64,000 nucleotides of DNA from Octopus sinensis (lineage: Eukaryota): NCBI RefSeq assembly GCF_006345805.1, contig NC_043005.1, positions 58,342,001-58,406,000 on the forward strand, given 5' to 3'. The position numbers and the translations under genes were made by a program. Positions 9,445-22,122 of the stretch are shown one piece after another; the stretch's first letter is position 1; each line of letters opens with the position of its first letter. Under the pieces are notes generated by a model. It made no database searches and was not told the origin of the DNA. It saw nothing but the letters and a program-made list of their open reading frames with translations.

Positions 9445-12400
9445 ATATCATGAGTGGATCATATATCCAAAAAACATGCACTCTCTATAATGTATTTACA
9501 GGAAGTCTTCCTGTAAATATAGATAGATATATATATATATTTGTCTATATCTGTATGTGTATGTATACACACACACATACACGCACACATATTTACATTT
9601 ATATCACATACATACACACACGTGCATACATATATACTTAGACACATTCAAGCATACAGGTACATACACATTATTCAAATGTCAAATGTCAAATAACACT
9701 GTAAGAATCACCAGACATGCTTGCATGCAATAATACTGTACAAATATAAATAATTCTCAGAGCTCAAGCAAGCTTTCAATTCTATCATCTTCTTCCCCTA
9801 AAACAATAGTTTCTGAAACATCAGGAATTATTAACAATAGGCAGTATAGTAAGTATCATTATAGAACATCATACAATGGAGGCAAGCACAGTTTGAACAC
9901 ATTTTTGCTTCTTCATTTTTGTGTCGAAAAATATTTTCTGAGGAAAATCATACATCATTTCAAAGTTCTGGATGTGAAGTTTTTTTCTCATATAGTTTTG
10001 ATTAAAATCCAACAGTTACATATCATGTCAAAATCCTTCAAACACCCTGGTATTCCCATGCATTTACAAAGTTTGCTCTGTTTTTTTCCTTCTGATTGCT
10101 GAATGGAAGCCCTTGTTCTAGCTCAATGCACTCGAACACCATAATGGAAGTTGTGTTAAAAATCATATGGTCATAAAGAGAAAGATTTTTGCTTTATTTT
10201 GATATAGATATCGATGGGGGTAAGTCAGATAAACATTATGAAATATGAAAGTTAAGATTTCATTGTTAATATTCATGTAGAAAGAGCGTATTTTCAAGAT
10301 TTTTATATCATAATAAAAAAGAAACTTTCTCACGAATTCAATGTGATTTTCATAATTCTGGCCATGCTATTGCAAAAAAGTGCAAAATGAGTTAGGTGGG
10401 TGGTATAGTGTAATGATTCTATAACTGTTCTAGGGAAGGACAACACCATTGTAATGCACAAATGAAATGAAGAACATTGAAAAATAATGAGAATAGTCAC
10501 AAATTTATTTGTCTGCATGTTTAGTAAGACAGATACAGTTGTTATTGACATGTTGATGGCTTGCTCGCTGGTGGTTGTATGTTCTGCTGATAGAGAAAGA
10601 AAGGGTAAGGATTGCCTTCTGACAGACACGTTTTGCTGAGGCAAAATGTGTCTGGCACTGTGGTCGTGGACATTTGCTGTTGTTAACAAGAATGACACAG
10701 TGTGGCATGCTGGCATGTAGCGAGAAACAAGTAACTCTATGTATACATGGCCAACCTAGGGTCTTACAGAAGTGAGTTGTGTCTAGAATAATTGGCACAG
10801 AGAGCATGAAACATTCAACGTGCACGAGGAGCGCATGAGACATCCAAGAGAGAGAGACAGAGAGAGAAAGCAATGCTCTCCATTATATAGTGTATGGCCA
10901 AGAAGTAAGTCAAACCTTAAACAAAAGATTGAACCTTCTGTGACCAGCAAAGATCCTAGATGGTCAAGTATTTCACATGGATCTTTCAACATTAGTCAGG
11001 AGCACTCCGTCGGTTACGACAATGAGGGTCCCAGCTGATACTCGTGGAATTAACGTGCAAGTGGCTGAGCATTCCACAAACACGTGCACCCTTAACGTAG
11101 TTCTCGAGGAGATTCAGCATGACACAGAGTGTGACAAGGCTAGCCCTTTGAAATACAGGTACAACAGAAACAGGAAGAAAGAGTGAGAGAAAGTTGTGGT
11201 GAAAGAGTACAGCAGGGTTCACCACCACCCCCTGCAGGAGCCTTGTGAAGCTTTAGGTGTTTTTGCTCAATAAACACTCACAATGCCCGGTCTGGGAATC
11301 GAAAGCGCGATCCTACGATCACGAGTCCGCTGCCCTAACCACTGGGCCATTGCACCTCCACCTTTCAACATAGAGATAACAGACAAAGCATCAGATTTTC
11401 ACTTGGCAAACAACAAATGTGTGGATTCAGTTTTGAATCTCGCCAGGTAGGGCCAAATAAGCTCCTATAGTGGTATATTGGTTCTACTTGCCAAACTGAT
11501 GTATTCGTGTGTGGTGAACGGTCAAGTGAATCAGAAATCCAAGGTTTCAAATCCTGAGTTTGAGCCAGAATTTCAAGAAACAAATGAACTAATTACTAAG
11601 TAAACATATTTCTACAAAAAAAAAAAAAATGAACTAAATTGAGTTTAATAACTGAGTTCTAGAGTTTAATAATTGAGTTCTAGAGCCCAAACTTATCACA
11701 AAGTTATTGTATTGAGAATGTTGTTTATCCCCTCTCACTGTTTTAACAACATGTGGAGAACTTCTAGACAAACCTAACAGATATTCGCGTACCTATAAAT
11801 TTAGTTTTTCTTTGAGAAATATTGGTCAAATTCTACCAATGAAAATTGTATTGTGCAATGAACATAATTTTGCAGACTATGTGAGATGTGATGTCTTTTT
11901 TCCCATTTTGAATAGTGCCAGGACAATTTGTGTCAGTGTTTACACGTTCATTTTGGTTTTGTTTTCATCTCTCTACAAACGAGTTTGTTCTAAGTTACAG
12001 ATGTTGTTAATGTTTTTAATGCTTAAAGCAAGAAATTAGTTTTCACATTTTGTTGGTTTTTAATCCCAGTCTACATGCAGTTCTGAGAAAGGTATGAAGT
12101 AGTTGTGGGATGTGCTAAAAACAACAGCTAAATCTTCCTTAAATTACACACCTTTTCATTTAAAGATATTTTTCATAGCTTTTTTTACCGTAAAGGCTTC
12201 ACCCATTATTTTTAAGTGTGTAGTGTAAACAAAATTGGCCAAACCAATCCGGTGAGGGTAGAAGGTGGTGGTGGTGGAAAAAACAATCATAAATCTTCAA
12301 AAAGATTTTCATACAAAGCTTACCTATCATTTAAAAGACCACGATGCAAAAATAAAAAAAAGGGGAAAATTCTCATCAAAATGGAGAAAATCCAACTTAC

Positions 12401-15400
12401 ATGGATGTTCTAATCTGAAACCACAATTTATAGCCATTTTAATAGTCCATTAAAATTTCAATTGAAATGGCATCATGTCCCAAAATCTCATGATTTATTT
12501 ACCTCTATACCTATTGCAAATGTGCAAAAACTCAAATTCCTGTGGCTTTTAGCTTTGGAAACTAGTAGAAAGAAATTTATCTTTTCTCTAGTACTCTGTT
12601 GTAATTATGACCTAAATACTTAATGCCTCATATTGCTTTCTCTGGTGAAAATGCCCTCTTCAAAAATGTAAATCTTCAGCTTATTACAAAGTACATCAAC
12701 AAATACCTTTCTTGAGTTGATAAAGAAGCTACTATCAGACATGTTATCTGTCAGAAATAGCAGCTAAATTCTCTTAAGTTATATCCTACCATCTTAAAAT
12801 AAATGGATATGATAAGAACATAATGAGTAATGCAGTCTTAGTCAAGAGATGGTGATACGTGTGACATGGGTTTTTCAGTGACACATGATGGACTTTGCAA
12901 AAAATAAAAAAAATAAAAAATAAATGTTCCCTGCATTATCATGCTAGAAAAAGGCTTTACCAAGTGCTAAAATTCATCTATAGGCGTAGTAGTGGCTGTG
13001 TGGTAAGTAGCTTGCTTACAAACCGCATGGTTCCAGGTTCAGTCCCACTGTGAGGCACCTTGGGCAAGTACCTTCTACTATAGCCTCGGGCCGACCAAAG
13101 CCTTGTGAGTGGATTTGGTAGACGGAAACTGAAAGAAGCCTGTTGTATATATGTATATATATGTGTGTTTGTGTGTATATGTTTGTGTGTCTGTGTTTGT
13201 CCCCCCAACATCGCTTGACAACTGATGCTGGTGTGTTTACGTCCCCGTAACTTAGCAGTTCGGCAAAAAGAGACCAATAGAATAAGTTCTAGGCTTACAA
13301 AGAATAAGTCCTGGGGTCGATTTGCTCGACTAAAGGCGGTGCTCCAGCATGGCCACAGCCAAATGACTGAAACAAGTAAAAGAGTAAAAGAGCATCACTC
13401 CAATAACAGCATTATTAAAGAAATGAAAATATTGACACTTGCTCAACTTAAAGTACTGGAGGCTTTTAATCACAGAACTGCACACTTAGAGTACATCTGA
13501 TACAAAATACAATTCACCACCACCAACAGCATATTTATTTTATTTATTCATTTTATTGCTTATATTTCCATTTTGGTTCTTGTCTATACTTGCTGCTACT
13601 TTCCTACTGATTTTGTAATATATCAACCCTTTAGCATCCAGATCACTCTGTCAAAAGTAATGCTCATTTATTCACTTTGTTTTGAATTAATCATGCATCA
13701 TCTCATAGCTTCAAGATTTCAATGTTGTGATTGTATATTTTTGCTATGACATTCTAAGGGAGGTGTGAGATGTGAAATCTGACCAGTTTTGACATAAAAC
13801 AAGTTCAATGTTTAGGTTGAATATGGCCAGCCTAAATGCTAAAGAGTTAAAGAATACAAAGGGCTCTGTCTGAGATGTTAGAATTTTCTTCTCCCCCAAA
13901 ACAATCCATTTTATTCTGCACTGATGTAGACCAGTAATCTTGTTTCCTCCTGCCTGACAATTCTAGTGTCTGTTTTTGTGTTCAATAATCCAGTTCACTT
14001 TGCTATAGGTACAATAGGATGAACTATTAACAGCTGCAGATAGTGGCAGCACTGTTTAATTGATGGGTTGTTATTTAACTTGCATCTGGGAGTTAATCTC
14101 ATTCAGTGGCCCTTCTGTTCCGACTCTTTGTCAGAAAGGTTGATAATTAAAATCACTCATTGGTAGATGTTTCTAAAAATGAACACTTAATGTAATTTCA
14201 CAAAAATTGTCTGATAATAGATGACTACATAAGAAGAATTAGATGAATGTATTGTATTTTTAGTGTATCCATTTTCTACGCTTCTTCAATACCTTCTTCT
14301 GTTTCTGTAAGGTGTAGTGCTCCCAATGCCACTTTCACTGTTGTTCCCTATCCATGTCAAGGTCTGCAGTTTCACTAAATTCAATATGACAGCATCCAGC
14401 TAAATCCTCATTAACTGGAGAAACATATGTTTTTTGCAAAGTTTTTCCTGTCTGTATTTCAGTTATTTTCCAGGCCTCCAAACACAATATGTTATAGCAT
14501 GTGTCTTTGTAATATATTATTAGCATGTTGTCTTTGCTTTTTTTTTTTTTTGCTGCTATGGTTTATATGAAATTTTCTTGTTTAAATTACTTCCATATTT
14601 TAAGAGTAATTTAATGTTCAATTAGTAATCACTAAATGAGAATTTGAACTAGATTAAAATATTGTCCATAAGCATTTTTATTTTTTGCTTTGCTTTTCTG
14701 TTTATATTCTGTATTTTCTCTATTCTTGTTTTCTTTAATTTTTTTGCTGTTTCTACTTTGTAAATTATTGACAATAACTTGTTGCACACATTTTATTTAC
14801 TGATCTTGCATGTAATTGAATAATTATTAGTTTGAACAGAGGAAAATAAAGTAAAAAAAAAAATGCATTTTTTAAATTTCTTTTTTTCTGTTGCAAACAG
14901 TGATGTCATTATTTATTTTTATATAAAAACAAAAATAAAAAAAACAAAACTTTTCTCTTGTAAAAATATATTATTTTCTGTTTTCCTTAAAAATGTAATC
15001 ATGCTATGAAGGAGAGGGAACACTCTCTGTCAAGTTTGAAAAATATCACTTGCTTTGGCTTATGCAGCTCAATGCGTTACGTTGGCCAAGTCATAAATCT
15101 TTAAAGTTATCTGTAGGATTTTAGATTAAAACATCATCATTATATCTGTGCAAATTACAGTTAAGAATTTATTGCACTAAAAAATTGATAAACTCAGAAA
15201 CTAATTTCAACTTTAGGGTAAAAAGTAAATAAATAAATACAGCAACAAAAAAAAAAGACAAAAATGTAAGATTTTTTTTTCATTTTTCTTCTGAATGTTT
15301 AAAAACATATTAGGATGAATGTAAGCAATATTGAACATGGAAAATTATTATGAAAGAAAAGAAATGTAAAGAAAATAATTAGAATAATAACAAAACCTTT

Positions 15401-16356
15401 CCCTTCTGAATAGAAAAAAAAAGCATATAAAAAAATAAAAACATGTACAACTGTCCTCAATATCAAAACAATGCAAAACCATAAAAAAAAAAAAGGCTCA
15501 AAAACCCAACAAAACAAAAAACAATAAATACAAATTGGACAGAAATGATGATCTACTATGCTGAAATAATAATGCATTATTGGTAATTTAAAAGAAAAAT
15601 TATTTTATGATTATCTATAATTACATAATATAGGATTATTGTTATTAAAAATTTGATTGGTAAAAAAAGTAATGATTTTGTAGAAATAGATGACTATCCA
15701 ACTGTATGACTTCTTAGGACTTAGTGTTTTGTGTTTCACTGGAATCTGGGTTCAGATCCTATCATAATTTGCTTCACTCTTTGTACCCTGATGTTGATAG
15801 AATAAATGGTAGTAAAATAAAGGTGGTGAGCTAGCAGATTCGCTAGCACGTTGAGCGAAATGCTTAGCTGTATTTTGTCTGTCTTTTCATTCTGAGTTCA
15901 AATTCCACTGAGGTCGACTTTGCTTTCATCCTTTCGGAGTCGATAAATTAAGTACCAGTTACTCACTAGGGTCTATGTAATCAACTTAATCCCTTTGTCT
16001 GTCCTTGTTTGTCCTCTCCATGTTTAGCCCCTTGTGGGCAATAAAGAAATAAGAATAAATGATAGTAAAATATTTGGTTCCATTCAATTGATTTAAGCTT
16101 CACTTTGGAAACAAATTTGTCCTTATGCTTATTTCTTCTTTTACTTGTTTCAGTTGTTATTGGATTCTGGAGTGTATATATTCCCTGCTGGATGGGAATA
16201 TATACACTGGATTGGAGAGCTGTACCAGGGTCTGTTTGTCTGTTTTGGCATTGTTTCTATGGCTGGATGCCCTTTCTAATGCCAACGACTTTACAGAGTA
16301 TACTGGGTGCTTTTCATTTGGCCTGTAGTATATATCTATATTATATATATATTTAT

Positions 16357-16419
<63 letters not shown>

Positions 16420-16626
16420 CGTACATAATGTACTATTTCATTATTGGTGGGAGCTACAAAAAAGTTAGTCTATCCCATGAGAGACAAATACCATTTAATT
16501 TACAGATTTAAATGTGAGCTACTATACGTTTCATGCTTCTGATAGTGCTACAGTTGGATGAGCTTGTATAGCATGCCATGTATTATGAAAAGCATAAAAT
16601 TTATAGGAACTCACATTTAAATCCCC

Positions 16627-16672
<46 letters not shown>

Positions 16673-16673
<1 letters not shown>

Positions 16674-17395
16674 TAGCTTAAAAAGCTCCTGTGGAGGGCT
16701 CTTCATTAAGCCTTGGGCCCAACAAAAACACTTTACGCATTGAGTACACATTAAGTTTTATCAAACCTGAACAATTTTCATCAAAACAATGATATAATTT
16801 GTCGACTTGAAACATATTGCAAAGCTACATGATACACAATAGTAATACTGCCATACACACACCATTCAGACTTCTGACACCACCACCATCAATACCTTTA
16901 ACTTTGCTGTCTTCCCCTCCACCACCATCACCACTGTCTTTCACATTGCTTTCTCTCATCGTTATACCTGACTGCCTTGGCTACCACCGCCACCACCACC
17001 ATCATCACTGCCGCCTCTATCACAACTACAGCTCATACTATTACTATCACTCCATTACCATCACAAAAAAGCTAAATTTGTGTGTAAAAGAATTGAATGT
17101 TCAGTGTGTTTATTCAATGTTCAGTCCCATTTTCTCCCACTACCACCATCAACACTACTATTTTTAATAAAACATCATCAACTCTCCCTAAATTTCTTTG
17201 CCTCTCTTTCTCTCCCTTTCTTTTTTCGCTCTCTCTGTCTGTCTTCATCACTGCCCCCACCATCTCCATAGCTACTATTACTCCCACCCTAACATGAGCA
17301 ATAGTAGAAGTGTCTTTGAATAATGAGAGAGGGGGTCAAAGTGTGACACACTGATACACAGAAATTAGTTTTCACATTTATTATATATATATACT
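16673..17395 (-). mobile_element. Probable non-autonomous Helitron
   Basis: The minus strand ends GAGCCCTCCACAGGAGCTTTTTAAGCTAG|T (weak hairpin + CTAG + T). The other end reads TATATATATAATAAATGTGAAAACTAATTTCTGTG, a Helitron-like 5' end with the TC terminus not intact. Confidence 0.45.
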
Positions 17396-17400
17396 TCTCA

Positions 17401-17975
17401 GAGGCATCAGATGTGGTGTGCAAGAGAGATGACTGTGCTGGTATGGTCATGTGATTTGTATGAGCAAGGACAACTGTGCGAAGAAGTGTCAATCTCTAAT
17501 TGTGGAGGGAACCTTTGGAAGGGGTAGACCCAAGAAGACATGAGATGAGGTGGTGAAGCATGATCTTCAAATGTTGGGTCTCATGGAGGCAATGACAAGC
17601 TACTGAGACCTTTGGCGATATGGCATGCTTGAGAAGACCCATCAAACCAAGAGTGTTGTGTAACTGGCACTTATGCTGGTGGCATGTAAAATGCATCCTT
17701 TGAACTTTGGGCGATATACTGTACTTGAGAAGACCCGTTAAGCCAACTGAAACTGTAGTTATGGCTCATGCCAGTATTGCATAACTGGCACTTGTGATGG
17801 TGGCATGTACAAAGTGGCCACTACAATCTTGAAGTGGTTGGCTTTAGGAAAAGCATCCAGATGCAGAAATCATGCCAAATTGGACTGGAACCTGGAGCAA
17901 CTTCCCAGCTTACCAGTTTTCAAATTGTCCAAACTATGCGAGTAAGGAAAATGGACATTAACTGATGATGATGAT
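17401..17975 (+). mobile_element. RTE-clade LINE 3' end (decayed ORF C-terminus plus 3' UTR ending in (TGA)n)
   Basis: ...RRDDCAGMVM...VEGTFGRGRPKKT..EVVKHDLQMLGL resembles the RTE C-terminus. The same 3' UTR family occurs at 31580-31920(-) and 33549-33770(+). Confidence 0.7.
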
Positions 17976-17990
17976 ACATACATACATACA

Positions 17991-18037
<47 letters not shown>

Positions 18038-18730
18038 AGTAGTTTAAACAGGGACAACTGAAGAAGCGGAACATTCTTTATGTTGAATGTCTCATTTTTC
18101 TGGGTTTTTTTCGTTGTTCAGAAAAATTTCGTTTCTAAATTGTTTCTAATTGTGACTAAGGGTATATATATATATATATATACCCTTAGTCACAATTAGT
18201 GACAATTGAATTTTTCCATTTTGGTTTTATATTACATATAACAGCCTTCGTTATTTTATATACATATATATGATATGAGAATTTTTGTCATAAAAGCATA
18301 TTGTATTTTGACAGAATAATACTATTTAGGTGCATTATGGTTTTTGCAACCTCAATGTTCTGAATTTGAGCCACTTGCATGGCATCAAGAACAAATATAA
18401 TTTTCTGTAACCTCAAAGTGACCCATAAAGTAGATGGAAATTCTATAGAATCCCATTGGTTGGATTGTCACTATAATTCTAAATGCCATACTGTTTCTGC
18501 CTGAGAAATACGTTAAAAGTACATGTTTGCTGAATGCCAAACCACTTAAATCTTTATTCCATAGCAGGTAATACAGGTAATCAAACAGCTGAATTCTCAT
18601 TAACAAATGACAGGGATCTACCTGTTGTATTTCCTAAAGATATTGTACTTCGCTAAAAAATTTCCATAACTGTTTTATATTTTGTGAGAATATATATATA
18701 TGTTTCTTTTTGCTAAATTCTCTTATTCAG

Positions 18731-18869
18731 ATTGCCAGAAACGAAATACTTCTTAACAGCCTATCCCAAGACCATCAGCCTTAGCACTGGCACATGCTTT
18801 TATCTGCCAGTCACATTTCATCCACTAGAAGAGAAAGAATACAAAGACAAGATAAAGTTCTCTACAAAT
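18731..18869 (+). CDS. CFAP65: CFAP65 second coding exon
   Basis: Acceptor TCTTATTCAG ends at 18730; donor AAT|GTATGT after 18869; 139 nt = 1+46 codons, phase-compatible with the upstream exon. LPETKYFLTAYPKTISLSTGTCFYLPVTFHPLEEKEYKDKIKFSTN aligns from memory with human [47 protein letters not shown], directly continuing the previous exon. Confidence 0.88.
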
Positions 18870-19200
18870 GTATGTATTATATTAAAATGGTTCCATTAAC
18901 TCTTTGTCAAATTGCAAAGAATTAGAATTTCACTGTACTAAACTTGCATATTCATGTATTTATTTTACTTTCATCTGTTGTTTTCTCTTTTGAGTTTCTT
19001 TTTTATGTCATTGTAAATTAAATTGTAAATAAATCTTCTTGTATTGGTCTGAGTCATGGGGTGTCTACCATGACCATCTACAACCTCTTGAAAACTTCTG
19101 CCAGCACTGCCTCAGCATCATCTTCAACATCTACAGAATTTATTTAACTTTTTATCACCATTGGAATCCCCAAACATGTGGGAGTTAACAGTGTAGAAGC

Positions 19201-19259
19201 CCTTATAGCAACCTTATAGCAACCTTATAGCAACCTTATAGCAACCTTATAGCAACCTT
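19201..19259. repeat. 11-bp perfect tandem repeat (CCTTATAGCAA)x5
   Basis: Direct reading. Confidence 0.95.
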
Positions 19260-20499
19260 GTAGCTGCTCTGTCCAGTGCTGCTGGACAGAAAACTTTTCT
19301 AGAATGGAGAATTAGTGCCTTCCCAAAATTGGACTGTAAAGCAGCAGACCATGTACTGTCCCTTTTAAATGCTCTGCATTTAAAATTCTGACTGAAGTTG
19401 CAAACAAAAGAGTTAATTAAATGATTAATGATAATTTTAACAATACTATTAATGCAATTTATCTCATCCTCTCATCTTCAATAAATTCATATATAACTCA
19501 AAGCTGATATTTTGATTGTAAAATGCCTTCTTCAAAGCTTAGAAAAACAATAGCAATAAATGAAGAAATTACAATGAGGAAACAGATGGTCTGAGGCTGT
19601 CATTCTGTCATAAAGTCTACGAGACCCAGCCATTGGTATTTTGTTCACATTCCAACCTTCTGTGCAATGGAAAATCCTAGACAAGCTTCTTGTGTGAAGA
19701 TTTTTACCTGTGTTAAATGATATCATATTCTAGTTCAAATGTAAAAATGTAATTTAAAGTATCATTTGCTGTGATTCTTTATCCTTCTCTCTTGAGTTTC
19801 TGGAATGTAATGGTAGAATCATTATCATATTGGGCAAAATGCTTGGCAGCATTTTTTTTCCTGGCACTTTATATTCCGAGTTCAAATTCCGCTGAGGTTG
19901 ACTTTACCTTTCATCCTTTTTGGGTTGATAAAATAAAGTATCAGTCAAGTACAAGTAGTAGTGTGATGTAATTGACTTATTTCTGCCCCTCAAATATTAT
20001 TGGCCTTCTGCCAAAAATTAGAAACAAAGTATTTGTATTTCCTGCCAGAATAAACACCATAACTGTCGCTTTTGAGTGAGTATGGCCTGGTAGCATGTAT
20101 CATGCTTTTGCTAATTGCTTTAGGTGCCAGTGTAATCATGAGCACACGCAGTGGACCATCCAGAATGTGACAGTTGGATAAAGAGAAAGCTGTACCAATA
20201 CTAAACTGGTACTCATTTTCTGTTGAATGGACTGAGAAATGAAAAACCTTGCCCAAGGACACAACAGGTTGCTTGGTCCAGAAACTGAATCCACAAACTT
20301 ATGATCATGAGGCCTCCAGGCAAATCAATGTATCAGGCCCTATAATATTTATAGACAGCAAGTCACATTAAATATAAATCAGAATTGGGCCCCTAGAATT
20401 GGCCCTAGAAATAGCTAAACCCTACGTCACAACTGTACATTTTGGTTTTCTTTGATACATTTAATCATTTAGGATAAACGCTTGTGTACTGAGAGTACT

Positions 20500-21500
20500 G
20501 TTCTACTCCATCTCTGAATGTAAGAGTGAATATCTCATCAGACAGTGAAGCAACTCTGAAGGTGTTTCAACCCCTGTCACCTTGATATCAGAGCTGCTCA
20601 GGGTCACCCAAAAATACTGGTGACAAAATTCCCATGCAACAGCATGAGCTTTGTTGAGTCAGATGTTGTAACTCTGGGCCAAATGTTTCTATCATCTACA
20701 ATCCTTGTTTCTGCAACATTTCTCCTCTCTTTTGAGCCAGATGTAATGGCATGCTTTCTCAGTGGCTTCAGACAATTTTCTGGCAATATCTTTTGTCTCC
20801 TTCATGGCCAATAAAAGACATCTGAACATTGACTGAATTCTGGTTCCAACAAATAGCTCTCACACCTATATCTATAGGAAAGCATATTGCCTTTGACCAA
20901 CTGTTTTCACAGAATTCAACCAACTCACTGTACTTTCTATTTTTCATGAGGAAAGTATATTCAATGTTCACTTCCGGGGAATTGTCAACTCAATCATCTT
21001 TAGCACTTTACCTTCTTTGTGCCAGATGACATGTTCAGGTCTTTTAGTCATAATAAGTGGGAAGTGATATTTACCAACAAAGTCAACAGAAACTTCCCAA
21101 GACCCCTCTCATTTTGGATCATTCTTTCTTACAATAATTAGTTTGCAGTGTTCGCCTTCTTTGCAAAACTTTGCAATCTGTGTTCCACTACTTGTGATCT
21201 TTTGCTGCTGTTAATATTATTTCAATTACAAGAATCTTCATTTCAGCAGTAGAATATTGACTTTGGCTGCAGTAGGTGTAATTTTGATTGAATCAACAAT
21301 AATTACTTTGCTTACATAATTGCATTCGAAACTAAAGATTCATTGACTACAAGGAATATTTCTCTGACTTCTTCATTGTGAATGTGGTTTAAATATTGAG
21401 TTATTTCAAACATATTCCTTAGATAGCTTTCTTTTCTTCCTTATATTTCCAAAATTTTGATATCCCTTTGATTTCCTTCTAGTGTAAAAAGTATTTTATC
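20500..21500 (-). mobile_element. Decayed HERO-like (R2-group, REL endonuclease) non-LTR retrotransposon, 3' part
   Basis: Minus-strand fragments SWEVSVDFVGKYHFPLIMTKRPEHVIWHKEGKVLKMIELTIP, NIEYTFLMKNRKYSELVEFCENSWSKAICFPIDIGVRAI and ETKDIARKLSEATEKACHYIWLKREE match in order the remembered HERO C-terminus (W...VDL..QL.FP......RPDIV......V.L.ELTVPWE..E.A.ERK..KY..LV..C...GW...C.P.EVGCRG...EAAEKASRWLWIKR). Multiple stops and frameshifts. Confidence 0.75.
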
Positions 21501-21724
21501 TGACCTTTTGTTTTCCCTAACTGTGAAGGACGGAAATGTCAATGATATGAAAGAAAGATCAAATAGAGTAATTTTTTTTTTATAGATATTTCTAAGTTTT
21601 ATGTTTGCACTTATATTAAAAAGCAGAACATAAGCAAGTTGAGATGTGAGAGTAATATGGCATTAAAGACATCAACTGTTCTGTGTGTGTGTGTGTGTTA
21701 TATATATGTGTGTATATATGTATG

Positions 21725-21801
<77 letters not shown>

Positions 21802-22091
21802 ATATATATATATGTATATATGTATATATATGTATATATGTATATATGTATATATGTATATATGTATATATATATGTATATATGTATATATATATATATG
21901 TATATATGTATATATATATATGTATGTATGTATATATATATATATGAATGTACGCACACTTTTATATATACTCATAAATGTATGTGTATATATGTGTGTA
22001 TAGATATATATATATATGTATGTATAATATATGTATATATGTATGTATATATATATGTATATATGTATATATATATATATGTATATATGTA

Positions 22092-22122
<31 letters not shown>

